From: an uncultured Desulfomonile sp.
GTDB taxonomy: Bacteria; Desulfobacterota; Desulfomonilia; Desulfomonilales; Desulfomonilaceae
Reading direction: 5' to 3'
Assembly: GCA_937930835.1 (NCBI GenBank)
Contig: CALGLN010000085.1
Coordinates: 22,898 to 86,897 of the forward strand
Length of the DNA: 64,000 nucleotides
The notes under the pieces were generated by a model that worked only from the letters and a program-made list of their open reading frames with translations, made no database searches and was not told where the DNA came from. Shown one piece after another: positions 9,219 through 19,438 of the stretch. Within the stretch, counting starts at the first letter, position 1. The number at the start of each line of letters is the position of its first letter. The position numbers and the translations under genes were made by a program.

Positions 9219-9266
9219 ATAGTATAATAAAAAAATTAGGCTGATTACATCGAGAAGGAGGATTAG

Positions 9267-10421
9267 ATGGCCAAAGTCGCTGTAATAGGGGTGGGACAGA
9301 GCTCTTTTGTTCGTGCCTATCCCGGTTCCATTCGTGAACTGGCGTTTGAAGCCTTCAGAGAGGCCATGAAAGATGCTGGTCTTAAGTCCGAGCAGATTGA
9401 GGCGTCTGTAATATGTTCGGCCCCTGAGTATGATAAACAGAGGACACCCGCAGGCTTGATGGCAGAATATTGTGGATTAAATCCGCAACCGACATTCTAC
9501 GTTGAAAGCGTCTGTTCCTCGAGCTCTAGCGGACTCAGAACTGCCTATGCGCTCGTGGCCTCAGGGTTGCATGACGTGGTTATTGTCCTCGGATTTCAGA
9601 AGATGTCCGAAATTTCATCAGCGGAATCCCAGGAAAGAATGGGGCGAGGCGCCGACATACAGTGGGAAGCTCCATTTGGAACGATGATGCCGGCTTATTA
9701 CGCCATGTACGCTCGAGGCCATTTTGAAAAATATGGCACCACGGAAGAGGATTTGGCCTTGATTCGTCTGAAATCATCCACCTATGGTGTGATAAATGAC
9801 AAGGCAGTTTTTCGCAAGTCTTTGGATTTACCAAAAATTATGGAACCAAAGTATATCGCTACCCCTCTGAAAATGTATGATTGTTGCGCAAATGCCGACG
9901 GATCATCCTGCATGATCCTAGCCTCTGAAGAAAAGGCAAAAGAACTATGCGCTAAACCGGTCTGGATAAGAGGTCTCGGCATGGCTACTGCGCCCATCAA
10001 CATGGCCGGTAGGGATACTTTTTCCGGACTCAAATGCGCCCAACTTGCTGCAAAGCGCGCTTACGAAATGGCAGGAGTAGGCCCCAAAGACATCAATGTG
10101 GCGGAGGTGCATGATTGTTTCACCATAGCTGAGATGATGGCTTACGAGGATCTGGGATTTGCTGAACCTGGAAAAGGTAAAGACCTTATTCGAAATAAGG
10201 AAACATACAAGGAAGGCAAAATTCCAGTTAATGTTGACGGTGGTCTTTTGTCTAAGGGGCATCCTATAGGAGCCACAGGCGGCTCTCAAATTCGGACTAT
10301 CGTGCTTCAACTTAGAGGAGAAGCAGGAGAAATGCAGGTCCCAGAAGCTAAAATAGGTCTAGTTCACAATATTGGTGGAGTTGGCATTTACGGAAACGTC
10401 AGCATTTTCAGCGCTGATTAA
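9267..10421 (+). CDS. Thiolase-fold protein (SCP-x/archaeal-type acetyl-CoA acyltransferase)
   Basis: 384 aa with AGGAGG upstream. The active-site region is VESVCSSSSSGL, and the C-terminus has HNIGG. It is paired with a DUF35 gene, as is typical for this thiolase subclass. Confidence 0.85.
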   Translation: MAKVAVIGVGQSSFVRAYPGSIRELAFEAFREAMKDAGLKSEQIEASVICSAPEYDKQRTPAGLMAEYCGLNPQPTFYVESVCSSSSSGLRTAYALVASGLHDVVIVLGFQKMSEISSAESQERMGRGADIQWEAPFGTMMPAYYAMYARGHFEKYGTTEEDLALIRLKSSTYGVINDKAVFRKSLDLPKIMEPKYIATPLKMYDCCANADGSSCMILASEEKAKELCAKPVWIRGLGMATAPINMAGRDTFSGLKCAQLAAKRAYEMAGVGPKDINVAEVHDCFTIAEMMAYEDLGFAEPGKGKDLIRNKETYKEGKIPVNVDGGLLSKGHPIGATGGSQIRTIVLQLRGEAGEMQVPEAKIGLVHNIGGVGIYGNVSIFSAD

Positions 10422-10519
10422 TGCTTGAGGGATCATTCAACCAACTTAAGAATAGTTATCATTGGAAATAGAGAAACTAATTTTGAGCCTTATAAGTTGT
10501 ACACTCTGGAGGCAACGAC

Positions 10520-10933
10520 ATGGGTTTTGATCAATTTGGAGTAGTAAGCTTCACATCAGCTACGAAAACTGAGAAGTTTGTAGAATTCCTTGAAAATAAA
10601 AAATTATGTGGAACCGTATGTAAATCATGTGGCGCAAAATTCTTTCCACCTCGAAGCGACTGTAGTCTTTGTCTCAGCGACGACATGGATTGGTTTGAAA
10701 TCGAGGGTCCAGGAGAACTGATAAGCTACACGACCGCCATGTATGCTCCCGCAGGGTTTGAAAATGATGTTCCTTATTCATTGGGAGTAGCGAATTTTCC
10801 CGAGGGTGTAAAGGTTTTTGGCCGTCTAGACAAATCCTTGACCGATGACAAAATCAAAGCCGGTATGAAGGTCAAAGCAAAAATAGTTACCTCAGGAGAG
10901 GGAAGGGTAAGTTACGAGCTTTCAGCAGCCTGA
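10520..10933 (+). CDS. DUF35 Zn-ribbon/OB-fold protein (thiolase partner)
   Basis: 137 aa. Rubredoxin-like CKSCGAKFFPPRSDCSLC followed by an OB-fold region. GGAGG lies upstream. Confidence 0.8.
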   Translation: MGFDQFGVVSFTSATKTEKFVEFLENKKLCGTVCKSCGAKFFPPRSDCSLCLSDDMDWFEIEGPGELISYTTAMYAPAGFENDVPYSLGVANFPEGVKVFGRLDKSLTDDKIKAGMKVKAKIVTSGEGRVSYELSAA

Positions 10934-10951
10934 TTAATCTAAAATCAAATC

Positions 10952-10984
10952 AAAGGCCGGTAAGCAAAATTGCCGCCGGCCTTT
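10952..10984. terminator. Bidirectional hairpin terminator between convergent genes
   Basis: 9-bp stem AAAGGCCGG / CCGGCCTTT between the stops at 10933 (+) and 11000 (-). Confidence 0.6.
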
Positions 10985-10999
10985 CCAAGTCTTTAGGAT

Positions 11000-12373
11000 T
11001 TATTTGAGTCTTTCAATAAGAGATAAAAGTTCCTCGGTTTTTTGTTCCAATAGTTCCTGGTTTTGTCTTGTCTCAACATTCAATCTTATCACCGGTTCGG
11101 TATTCGAAGGACGCAAATTGAATCGCCAATCTTCAAACTCCATGCTCAATCCATCAATATGATCCGTGAAAAGCTCTTTTCCTTTGAAGGTCTCCTCAAT
11201 TTTCTTGATAACTGAAATCGGATCTGAAACGGTTCTATTAATTTCTCCACTCACGGGAAATTTGGCCATTCTATATTCCACAAGCTCTGAAAGAGGTTTG
11301 CCGGCCAAGCTGACAGTCTGAACAAGAACAAGCCACGGTATCATACCACTATCACAATAGGCAAAATCCCTAAAATAGTGATGTGCAGACATCTCCCCGC
11401 CATAAATAGCGTCTTCCTGTCGCATCCGTTCCTTTATGAAAGCATGCCCAGCCTTGCACATGACGGATACCCCTCCAGCATTTTTAACCATCTCCACAGT
11501 GTTCCATACAAGCCGAGGGTCATGAACTATTCTTGATCCAGGGTAGGCTTTCAAAAAAGCGTCCGCCAAAAAACCTACAACGTAGTATCCCTCGAGGAAC
11601 TGAGCTCTCTCATCGAAAAAGAAACAGCGATCCGCATCGCCATCCCATGCAATTCCCAAGTCCGCCTTGTGTTCAATTACCGCTTTTTCAGTCACTCCCC
11701 GATTCTCGGGTAGAATGGGGTTCGGTATTCCATTAGGGAAGCTCCCATCCGGTTCAGGGAATATTTTAATGAACTCTAAAGGTAGCCTCTTCTCCAATCT
11801 TTCCAGAATTACGCCTGCACAACCGTTTCCGCAGTTAGCTACCACTCTCAATTTCTTGATTTTCGAAGGATCTATGTAGGTCATTAAATGGTCTACGTAG
11901 GCGTCCTTCACATCGACATTGACCACCGAACCCTTTTTTTGAGCCTCCGGGCCGTAAGTGTCTTCAAAAACTATTTTTTCAATGTCTTTGAGTCCAGTAT
12001 CACCACTTATCGGTTTTGATTCTTCCCGAACAAGCTTCATTCCGTTATAATCCATAGGATTATGGCTCGCCGTCACCATGATTCCGCCGTCTAGCTTGAG
12101 ATGCGAAGTTGCGAAATAAACTTCTTCAGTCGGGCACAACCCAATGTCAACAACATCGCAACCCTGAAAGTTAAGCCCTGCGCTCAAAGCTTCGGAGATA
12201 GATTTACTGGAGAGTCTTACATCTCTACCAACGCAGACTTTCTTGGCGTTTAGTAATGTTGCGTAAGCCCTGCCTATCCTGTAAGCAATGTCCTCATTGA
12301 GTTCATCAGGAATTCTACCTCGAATATCGTAAGCCTTAAAACTCTTCCTGACCGCTGGATTCAACTGGTTCAT
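11000..12373 (-). CDS. Phosphomannomutase/phosphoglucomutase
   Basis: 457 aa. Active-site TASHNPMDYNGMK, metal loop GIAWDGDADR, and GEMSAHH. Confidence 0.9.
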   Translation of the reverse strand: MNQLNPAVRKSFKAYDIRGRIPDELNEDIAYRIGRAYATLLNAKKVCVGRDVRLSSKSISEALSAGLNFQGCDVVDIGLCPTEEVYFATSHLKLDGGIMVTASHNPMDYNGMKLVREESKPISGDTGLKDIEKIVFEDTYGPEAQKKGSVVNVDVKDAYVDHLMTYIDPSKIKKLRVVANCGNGCAGVILERLEKRLPLEFIKIFPEPDGSFPNGIPNPILPENRGVTEKAVIEHKADLGIAWDGDADRCFFFDERAQFLEGYYVVGFLADAFLKAYPGSRIVHDPRLVWNTVEMVKNAGGVSVMCKAGHAFIKERMRQEDAIYGGEMSAHHYFRDFAYCDSGMIPWLVLVQTVSLAGKPLSELVEYRMAKFPVSGEINRTVSDPISVIKKIEETFKGKELFTDHIDGLSMEFEDWRFNLRPSNTEPVIRLNVETRQNQELLEQKTEELLSLIERLK

Positions 12374-12437
12374 GTCAACCTCTTTTCAATTGGAATTATT
12401 AACAATATAAGGTCAAAAAAATGAACTAACTCAATTT

Positions 12438-13511
12438 TTACAATAATCCCTGGTAGCCACGCTCTTTGAGCAATTTTTGGAGTTGCTTGATATCTTGAGC
12501 GCTGTCCTTGCGACAGACCAATATTGCGTCGGGAGTATCGACCACGATGAGATCTTGAACACCAACCAAAGCTGTTAACTTTTGAGGAGATGAAACCACA
12601 CAACCAGACGATCTGAGGCTTAAAGCCTCTCCCTTGACTGCATTGCCGTCTTCATCCGTATTCCAAACATCTTGGAGAGATGTCCAGCTTCCCACATCAT
12701 TCCAGCCCACATCGATAGGAATTACCAGAACTTCCTCTGCACGCTCCATTATTCCGTAGTCTATCGATATGTCGGGCAGCTCCTCATAAAGCGAGTTGAT
12801 TACAGCAGCTTCTCTTTCTGTATTGAGATCATCCTCAATTTTTTCCATGGCTCGGCTGACGGCTGGAAGGTATCTCTCCAGAGCAGCAATGATCGTGGAT
12901 ACTTTCCACACGAACATACCGCTGTTCCAGAGATAATCATCTCTTTTCAAATAAGCCTGAGCAGTCTTGAGATCGGGTTTTTCCACAAACCTGACAACCT
13001 TGAACGCTCTCAATCCATCCTTTTCAGCTATTGCATCGCCCCTCTGAATATATCCATAACCTGTTTCAGGTCTGTCAGGAATTATTCCGAATGTTATTAG
13101 CTGTTCTGTTTCCAACGCAATATGATATGCAGAGTCAAGCGCCTTTACAAATTCATCCTCTCTGCCTATCAAATGGTCTGCTGGAAGGGCTGCCATTACC
13201 GCATCTGGTTCAGTTTTACGTAATTTGTATGCAGCAAGAGCTATACAGGGCGCGGTGTTTCTACCAACAGGTTCCGCTACTATCGATGTATTAGCTATCT
13301 CGGGAAGTTGAGCCCTGATTTTTTCCTCGTGAGAGCCGCCCGTTACCACAAGGATCCGGTCAAAACTTATTATAGGAAGCACTCTTTCCACGGTAGCTCG
13401 AATCATAGTTTTCTCGCCAACTATGTTGAGAAGCTGCTTCGGCCTATGCTTCCTGCTTTGTGGCCAGAACCTGGTACCGCTTCCCCCCGCCATTATTACA
13501 CAGTGAAGCAT
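12438..13511 (-). CDS. Mannose-1-phosphate guanylyltransferase (no C-terminal PMI/cupin domain)
   Basis: MLHCVIMAGGSGTRFWPQSR is an NTP-transferase signature. I chose the start at ATG 13511, which has GAGGAG upstream, rather than the ORF-track start at 13568. Confidence 0.85.
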   Translation of the reverse strand: MLHCVIMAGGSGTRFWPQSRKHRPKQLLNIVGEKTMIRATVERVLPIISFDRILVVTGGSHEEKIRAQLPEIANTSIVAEPVGRNTAPCIALAAYKLRKTEPDAVMAALPADHLIGREDEFVKALDSAYHIALETEQLITFGIIPDRPETGYGYIQRGDAIAEKDGLRAFKVVRFVEKPDLKTAQAYLKRDDYLWNSGMFVWKVSTIIAALERYLPAVSRAMEKIEDDLNTEREAAVINSLYEELPDISIDYGIMERAEEVLVIPIDVGWNDVGSWTSLQDVWNTDEDGNAVKGEALSLRSSGCVVSSPQKLTALVGVQDLIVVDTPDAILVCRKDSAQDIKQLQKLLKERGYQGLL

Positions 13512-13620
13512 CTTAGTTATCTCCTCACCATAAAGTTTCAAAGAAACGTCAAACTCTTTAGCTAACAAGTTTGATGTAAATTGGTCATTCTATAAATTCG
13601 GTTTTCAACCCAATTTAGTC

Positions 13621-15021
13621 CTACTTACATGTGAAAACGGTATTCTTCAGTATCATCCCCCTCGGGACCACACAAGGGCATTCTGGTGGGGCCTTTACAA
13701 TTACCTTGCCCTGAATCTGAATTTGTGACTCAAAATATACTGGCCCCGAAACAGTTAACGATTCCGCCGAAACGATTGATATGGATGAAAGATCTTCAAA
13801 TCTTTCAGAGATCTTTAGCGGTGAATCGATGAAATCACTTGAAAAATTAACATAGGGTCTTAGAGGCAAGTTCTCAGGTCGCATAGGATTTTTCTTGATC
13901 AGGTTACCTTTGTCCAGGATACACGCGTCGGATTGAAGTACAAATAGGTCCTCGATCTTTTTTGTCGGAAAAAAACGGTCGCGGCCAACTCGCAAACCAC
14001 GCGCCTTTTCAAATGAACCCATCGCAGCTCCCATAGCTGTTTCGAGCTGAACCACCCTCTTGCCATGAATCTTTTTTCGATTCTGAATAATAGGCAAATT
14101 GATCGACTTTTCCTCGAGAAGTTGCTTCAAGGATTCCAGATTTACCCAGACGTTGTTCGTATTAAATACTTTAAACTTATTAATATCCATGAACAGTTCA
14201 AGTTGATTGTCCGGAACCTGTCCAATTTCAAGCAATTCAAGACGGCCTTTGTTAACTACGAGAGTACCGCCTTTTCTATCCTCTTCGGTGCGATCCGTGA
14301 CTTCGAGCAAGAAATCAATGGATTTCAAATCCATCAACCCTAAAATCCAGGGTTCAAGTGAAGCAGCAAGATTATCTAAATTTGATATGAAAGCCCATTT
14401 GACTCCTCCAGCAATAAGCTTTTCAAGAAGACCCGATTCATTGAGGCTATCATAGACGTCTCCGTGACCTGGTGGAACCCAATCATCATCCGAATCGGTA
14501 TCAAGAGGAAAAAGACTATCCTCAAGCAATCGAGGCACTTCTTTTTGCAGGAAAGTCAATGATGAAAAACCGTTAGATTCTAAAACATCCTGAGTTGGGC
14601 CATCGGTAAAGAAACTGTTCATAAGAACCAGGGGAATATTAATTCCCAATCGCTCACGTAGCGATTTCATTTGAAGACAAATGATTTCTAGGTAGCTCAG
14701 CCCGTTTTTGGCCACTAGAATTCCTTTAGGAACATTCCCCCCCATTGTCGTGCTTCGTCCACCATTGAGCTTGATAACTGCAACGGAGCCAATCAAGCTC
14801 TCACCCCTTTTGTGCAATTCTATTTTCTGATCTTCATCCAGTGGAGGCTCGAGTAGTAAACTGGAATCCGGGGCGGTCAAACTATTTAGATCAATTTGCT
14901 TTGCTGAGTCTTTATTTGATATTTGGGCAACTTGATATAAAAATAGCTCTATGGAATGATCTGACATTCCACGCAATTTCATTTTTCTTCGAATTTGTTC
15001 GATTGCCTCTTTCACTTCCAT
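13621..15021 (-). CDS. UDPGP-family (eukaryote-type) UTP--sugar-1-phosphate uridylyltransferase
   Basis: 466 aa. VIKLNGGRSTTMGG and LVLMNSFFT correspond to the UDPGP (PF01704) KLNGGLGT.MG / LMNSF motifs. This family is unrelated to bacterial GalU. Confidence 0.75.
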   Translation of the reverse strand: MEVKEAIEQIRRKMKLRGMSDHSIELFLYQVAQISNKDSAKQIDLNSLTAPDSSLLLEPPLDEDQKIELHKRGESLIGSVAVIKLNGGRSTTMGGNVPKGILVAKNGLSYLEIICLQMKSLRERLGINIPLVLMNSFFTDGPTQDVLESNGFSSLTFLQKEVPRLLEDSLFPLDTDSDDDWVPPGHGDVYDSLNESGLLEKLIAGGVKWAFISNLDNLAASLEPWILGLMDLKSIDFLLEVTDRTEEDRKGGTLVVNKGRLELLEIGQVPDNQLELFMDINKFKVFNTNNVWVNLESLKQLLEEKSINLPIIQNRKKIHGKRVVQLETAMGAAMGSFEKARGLRVGRDRFFPTKKIEDLFVLQSDACILDKGNLIKKNPMRPENLPLRPYVNFSSDFIDSPLKISERFEDLSSISIVSAESLTVSGPVYFESQIQIQGKVIVKAPPECPCVVPRGMILKNTVFTCK

Positions 15022-15067
15022 TTTGTTTATTCCATCTCAAACTGCTTAAAATCATCTTCAACAAATC

Positions 15068-15352
15068 TCATCCGTCACTTTTAGATCTGCCGGCTGCTTC
15101 TCGCGCTTTTTCTATCAATTCGATCAATGTAACAATTTTGGGCTTGGGTTCTTTGCTGAAATAAATCTCGAAATTATCCCTCCCCATTTTTTCAGTTAGA
15201 AGTCTAGAGATATCAAAATATGGAGTCCAGCAGCTAACTGATTTAATACAAGGCTGACCAGTGCTTTCGATAATGCAGTATGAGAATTTTACAGGACTTC
15301 CCAGCCGGGGACATCTGATTTCCAACGAACTACAGTCATTTTCTACAGTCAT
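15068..15352 (-). CDS. Hypothetical Cys-rich small protein (94 aa)
   Basis: GGAGG lies 9 nt upstream of the ATG. Five Cys occur in the first 42 residues (CSSLEIRCP...YC...PC...SCW). I recognise no family. Confidence 0.5.
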   Translation of the reverse strand: MTVENDCSSLEIRCPRLGSPVKFSYCIIESTGQPCIKSVSCWTPYFDISRLLTEKMGRDNFEIYFSKEPKPKIVTLIELIEKAREAAGRSKSDG

Positions 15353-15378
15353 TAGTGTAATCCTCCGGAATGGAAAGT

Positions 15379-15407
15379 AACAGGCGCGACAACGAATCGC
15401 GCCTGTT
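15379..15407 (-). terminator. GC-rich hairpin downstream of trpB2 (terminator or attenuator)
   Basis: Perfect 10-bp stem AACAGGCGCG / CGCGCCTGTT with a 9-nt loop, 6 nt after the stop at 15413. The U-tract on the minus strand is weak (ACTTTCC). Confidence 0.55.
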
Positions 15408-15412
15408 AAATC

Positions 15413-16792
15413 CTACATTTTTGGTTTGGGATAATCCTCCAAACATTTCAGAGAACAGTCTATGTCTTCTTGGAGCATTTCGTAATCCACCAATTTCCCC
15501 TGGAAATAAGCGTCATATGCAGCCAAGTCAACCAATCCATGCCCACTCCAGTTTACCAAGATAGTCTTCTCTTTGCCTTCCTCTTTAGCCTTCAACGCCT
15601 CCTGAATAACAGCCGCCAACGCATGATTGGTTTCAGGGGCGCTGATGAATCCTTCCGTTCGAGCCCATGTAACTCCAGCGGAAAATGTCTCCAGCTGTGG
15701 TATGGCTCGAGCTTCTACCAGACCGTCAAGCACTAGTTGACTGACCAAAGGCGCCATACCATGATACCGAAGCCCACCAGCATGAATTGGAGCAGGCACA
15801 TAGGCGTGTCCCAAAGTGTACATGGGCATCAAAGGAGTCATTTTTACTGCATCCCCGAAGTCATAAGCAAATGGTCCCTTAGTCAAGGTGGGACAGGATA
15901 AAGGCTCTACAGCAAGAATATCAATTTTCTTTCCCGCGATTTTGTCTCTCACGAATGGAAAAGAAATCCCCGCAAAGTTACTGCCGCCTCCGGCGCAGCC
16001 GATTACGACATCAGGATAGTCATTGACCTGTTCCAGCTGTTTCTTGGCCTCCAGGCCGATTACCGTCTGATGCAAGAGCACGTGATTTAGCACACTGCCT
16101 AGAGAATATCTCGTTAGCGGGCGTCCGAAGGATTCGCTAGTGACTGCGTCCTCAACAGCTTCACTGATGGCAATACCGAGACTTCCGGGAGAATTGGGAT
16201 CTTGAGCCAAAATAGATCTTCCGGCCTCTGTTTCCGTGCTTGGACTGGGAATGCATGTCGCTCCCCATGTATTCATCATAAGTCTTCTATAAGGCTTTTG
16301 TTCGTAACTCACTCGAACCATGTAGACTTTTGCTTCAAGGCCAAACTGACTGCACGCGAAGCTCAATGCGCTTCCCCACTGGCCTGCTCCAGTTTCCGTG
16401 GCGATTCGTTTTACGCCAAAAATCTTGTTATAATATGCTTGAGGGATTGCCGTGTTAGGTTTATGGCTTCCAGCTGGACTGACTCCCTCGTTCTTGTAGT
16501 AAATCTTGACGGGACATTTGAGGTGTTCTTCAAGTCTAACAGCGCGGTATAGAGGAGTAGGGCGCCAGATAAGAAGCTTTTCCAATACTTCATCGGGTAT
16601 CTTTATCCAGCGTTCGGAGCTTGCTTCCTGCTCTATCAGGTTCATCGGAAAAACAGGAGCGAGATCCTCCGGGGCAATGGGCTGGAAAGTCCCGGGATGA
16701 AGTGGTGGCTGCAAGGGATGGGGTAGATCCGCTACTATGTTATACCATTCACGCGGAATCTCATCTTCATGCAATTGAATTTTTACCGGCAT
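15413..16792 (-). CDS. TrpB-like PLP enzyme (tryptophan synthase beta chain 2, TrpB2 class)
   Basis: IPREWYN near the N-terminus, [18 protein letters not shown] (PLP lysine), [12 protein letters not shown] place the start at ATG 16792 (GGAGGA upstream). Confidence 0.85.
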   Translation of the reverse strand: MPVKIQLHEDEIPREWYNIVADLPHPLQPPLHPGTFQPIAPEDLAPVFPMNLIEQEASSERWIKIPDEVLEKLLIWRPTPLYRAVRLEEHLKCPVKIYYKNEGVSPAGSHKPNTAIPQAYYNKIFGVKRIATETGAGQWGSALSFACSQFGLEAKVYMVRVSYEQKPYRRLMMNTWGATCIPSPSTETEAGRSILAQDPNSPGSLGIAISEAVEDAVTSESFGRPLTRYSLGSVLNHVLLHQTVIGLEAKKQLEQVNDYPDVVIGCAGGGSNFAGISFPFVRDKIAGKKIDILAVEPLSCPTLTKGPFAYDFGDAVKMTPLMPMYTLGHAYVPAPIHAGGLRYHGMAPLVSQLVLDGLVEARAIPQLETFSAGVTWARTEGFISAPETNHALAAVIQEALKAKEEGKEKTILVNWSGHGLVDLAAYDAYFQGKLVDYEMLQEDIDCSLKCLEDYPKPKM

Positions 16793-16921
16793 TTTTAGTT
16801 CCTCCTCTGGGGCGCTTATACAACTCATCCAACCAAAATATCTGTACGTTGGATAGGTATTTCTAAATCCCGTTAAATCAAAAAATCAAGAGCTCCTTGC
16901 TTAGCAATTTTTCTGGCAAGA

Positions 16922-18952
16922 TCATCTAACTACGGCCCCTCGGCCTACTTCACTCGAAGGTGTAAGGACCACTGCCTTCCCATCAGGACCGATTGCCGCA
17001 AGAGCCATTCCTGCGCTCGTTCCGAACCTCATCTTTCTAGGCTTCAGATTGGCTACAACGATTAGCGTCTTACCCTCAAGTTCTTCAGGCTTGTAGGACT
17101 CACGGATTCCAGCAAAGATTGTTCGAACCTCAGAGCCTAGATCAACTTCCAGTTTTAGCAATTTGTCAGACCCCTCTACGGTAGAAGCTGAAACAACAAA
17201 TCCCGTTCGAAGATCGACCTTAGTGAAGTCGTCAATTGTGATCTCATCTTTGAATGGAGTGATTTCAGGTTTATTGGCTTGACAGGCCTTCTCGTTTTTC
17301 TCACTTTCTGCTGTCACGAGCATCTGAAAAGCTCCTGGCTCAAGTCTATCAATTAACTTGTCGAAAGTTCCAATTTTTCTGTTGAACAAATCGAACCTGG
17401 CGTCAGACCACTTAAGATAATCAACACACAACATTGCCTCCACTTTGGCGCAATAAGCCGGAAGAATTGGTTTGATCGCTACGGTGATCAGTTTAATGCA
17501 GTTTATGGCAAATGTGAGGTCGTTGCGAGCCCTCTCTGGATCCGATTTCACGATCGACCAGGGCTCAGCGTGCTGAATGTAGTTGTTAGCCAAGTCAGAT
17601 ATCGCAAGTATCTTTCTCGTAGCAGAAGCAATCTTCAGGTTTGAGTAATCCTTGAAAGCCTCATCTATCAATCTCAATGCCTCATGCTGCAGACCTATGC
17701 TATCATCAGGAAGCTTACCCAATGTAGAATCAAGGCGTTTATTCAGAAATCCAACAGACCGACTTATTAGGTTCGTGATGTTGTTAACAAGCTCCGCATT
17801 GGTTCTGTTAACAAATTCCTCAATATTCAAGTCAACATCATCAATGGAATCGGTCAGTTTTGTCGCATAGTAATATCGCAGGTACCAAGGATGTATGTTG
17901 TCGGCAAATTTGCGAGCAGTAATAAATGTTCCCCTGCTTTTTGACATCTTTCGAGAATCAATTGTCAAGAAACCGTGGACATGTATAGCCGAAGGAAGTC
18001 TGTAATACGCGCCTTCAAGCATGGCAGGCCAGAACAAGGTGTGAAAGTATGAAATATCCTTTCCGATAAAGTGGTGTATTTCCACATCTGAATTTCTGTC
18101 AAGCCAGTATTCTTCGACCGTCCTGTCTTCTTTGTCCGAGCAGTAATGTTCTGTTGCGGCAATATAACCTACAGGAGCGTCAAGCCACACGTAAAAATAC
18201 TTGTCGATTTCCCCGGGAATCTCAAACCCAAAATATGGTCCATCCCTGGAGATATCCCAGTCTTTCAGCCCTTGATCAATCCAGGTGTTTACAAAAACAC
18301 GAACTTCATCCTGGAGACGACCAGCGGACGAAGTCCAATCTTTTAGAAATGCAGAGAAATTTTCCAACCTGAAAAAAAGATGTTTGGACGTTCTCAGAGC
18401 AGGTGGAGCCCCGCACAATGAACAACGTGCCTCAGTCAGTTCTGTTGGCCTGTATATAGCCCCGCACGCCTCGCAGACATCACCATACTGGTCCGCAGCT
18501 CCACATTTTGGACAAATACCCTTTATGTATCTATCGGGAAGAAAACGTTTACACGAATCACAATAAAACTGCTCAATGTCACGCTCGATAATGTGGCCTT
18601 TTTCTCTGGCTCTGAGGTAGATGGTCTCGCAATGTTTCCTGTTTTCTGGAGAATCAGTGGAATAAAATTCATCGAAGCCGACTTCAAACCTGCTAAAATC
18701 CTCGAAATGCCGTTTATGGAATTCCGACACCAATTGCTGAGGGGTGACTCCTCGCCGGGAAGCGTTGATTTCAATAGGAGCTCCATGGGCGTCTGAAGCG
18801 CATACATAGATGACGTCGTTACCTGTGATCCTCAAAAAACGCACATATATATCCGTGAAAACGTATTCGACAAGATGTCCTATATGAATGTCACCATTTG
18901 CATAGGGCAAGGCGCTAGTTACTAGTATTTTTCCCAAAACACTCTCCTGCAT
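16922..18952 (-). CDS. metG: Methionine--tRNA ligase with a C-terminal tRNA-binding (EMAP/Trbp111-like) domain
   Basis: 676 aa. ALPYANGDIHIGH (HIGH motif), KMSKS, zinc knuckles CPKCGA...CEACG. Confidence 0.95.
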   Translation of the reverse strand: MQESVLGKILVTSALPYANGDIHIGHLVEYVFTDIYVRFLRITGNDVIYVCASDAHGAPIEINASRRGVTPQQLVSEFHKRHFEDFSRFEVGFDEFYSTDSPENRKHCETIYLRAREKGHIIERDIEQFYCDSCKRFLPDRYIKGICPKCGAADQYGDVCEACGAIYRPTELTEARCSLCGAPPALRTSKHLFFRLENFSAFLKDWTSSAGRLQDEVRVFVNTWIDQGLKDWDISRDGPYFGFEIPGEIDKYFYVWLDAPVGYIAATEHYCSDKEDRTVEEYWLDRNSDVEIHHFIGKDISYFHTLFWPAMLEGAYYRLPSAIHVHGFLTIDSRKMSKSRGTFITARKFADNIHPWYLRYYYATKLTDSIDDVDLNIEEFVNRTNAELVNNITNLISRSVGFLNKRLDSTLGKLPDDSIGLQHEALRLIDEAFKDYSNLKIASATRKILAISDLANNYIQHAEPWSIVKSDPERARNDLTFAINCIKLITVAIKPILPAYCAKVEAMLCVDYLKWSDARFDLFNRKIGTFDKLIDRLEPGAFQMLVTAESEKNEKACQANKPEITPFKDEITIDDFTKVDLRTGFVVSASTVEGSDKLLKLEVDLGSEVRTIFAGIRESYKPEELEGKTLIVVANLKPRKMRFGTSAGMALAAIGPDGKAVVLTPSSEVGRGAVVR

Positions 18953-19012
18953 TTGTTTGGTAGATACATAAAAAGTCTATACCTTCACGTCATTTATAAA
19001 AGAAACTTAAAC

Positions 19013-19438
19013 TTACTCTCTGACGATCTCTAACGCTTCTAAATTTGGGTCTTTCTCCTTGTCAATTCTGAAAACCCTGCAACGCATCACTATCGTTTCC
19101 ATTTCTTTTAGATCATCAAGCGCCTTGGCTTTGTCCTGCTTTATCCACACCTTGTTGAGAGTAATGTAACTCACGCGATCCGCTATTATGAAATTGACGT
19201 AATCATCACCCAAAGGACAAGGCAAATCACCTTTCTTATAGTATCTGACAGAAAAGACTATCTCTTTATCTAGATATTTATTCGGGTTCTCTGTCAGGCC
19301 AACTATTGTAAGATTTTCATCAAGAGCTTTGTGGATCCCTCCCTTGAGGTAATTTGTAGCGCTGCATCCACAAATTATCGCGGCTAAAAGTAAAACAATT
19401 GGCCCCGAGATCAAGACTTTCATGTCACAATCTTTCAT
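19013..19438 (-). CDS. Hypothetical lipoprotein
   Basis: The N-terminus MKVLISGPIVLLLAAIICGCS looks like a lipobox. The alternative start at 19423 is equally possible. No family recognised. Confidence 0.55.
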   Translation of the reverse strand: MKDCDMKVLISGPIVLLLAAIICGCSATNYLKGGIHKALDENLTIVGLTENPNKYLDKEIVFSVRYYKKGDLPCPLGDDYVNFIIADRVSYITLNKVWIKQDKAKALDDLKEMETIVMRCRVFRIDKEKDPNLEALEIVRE

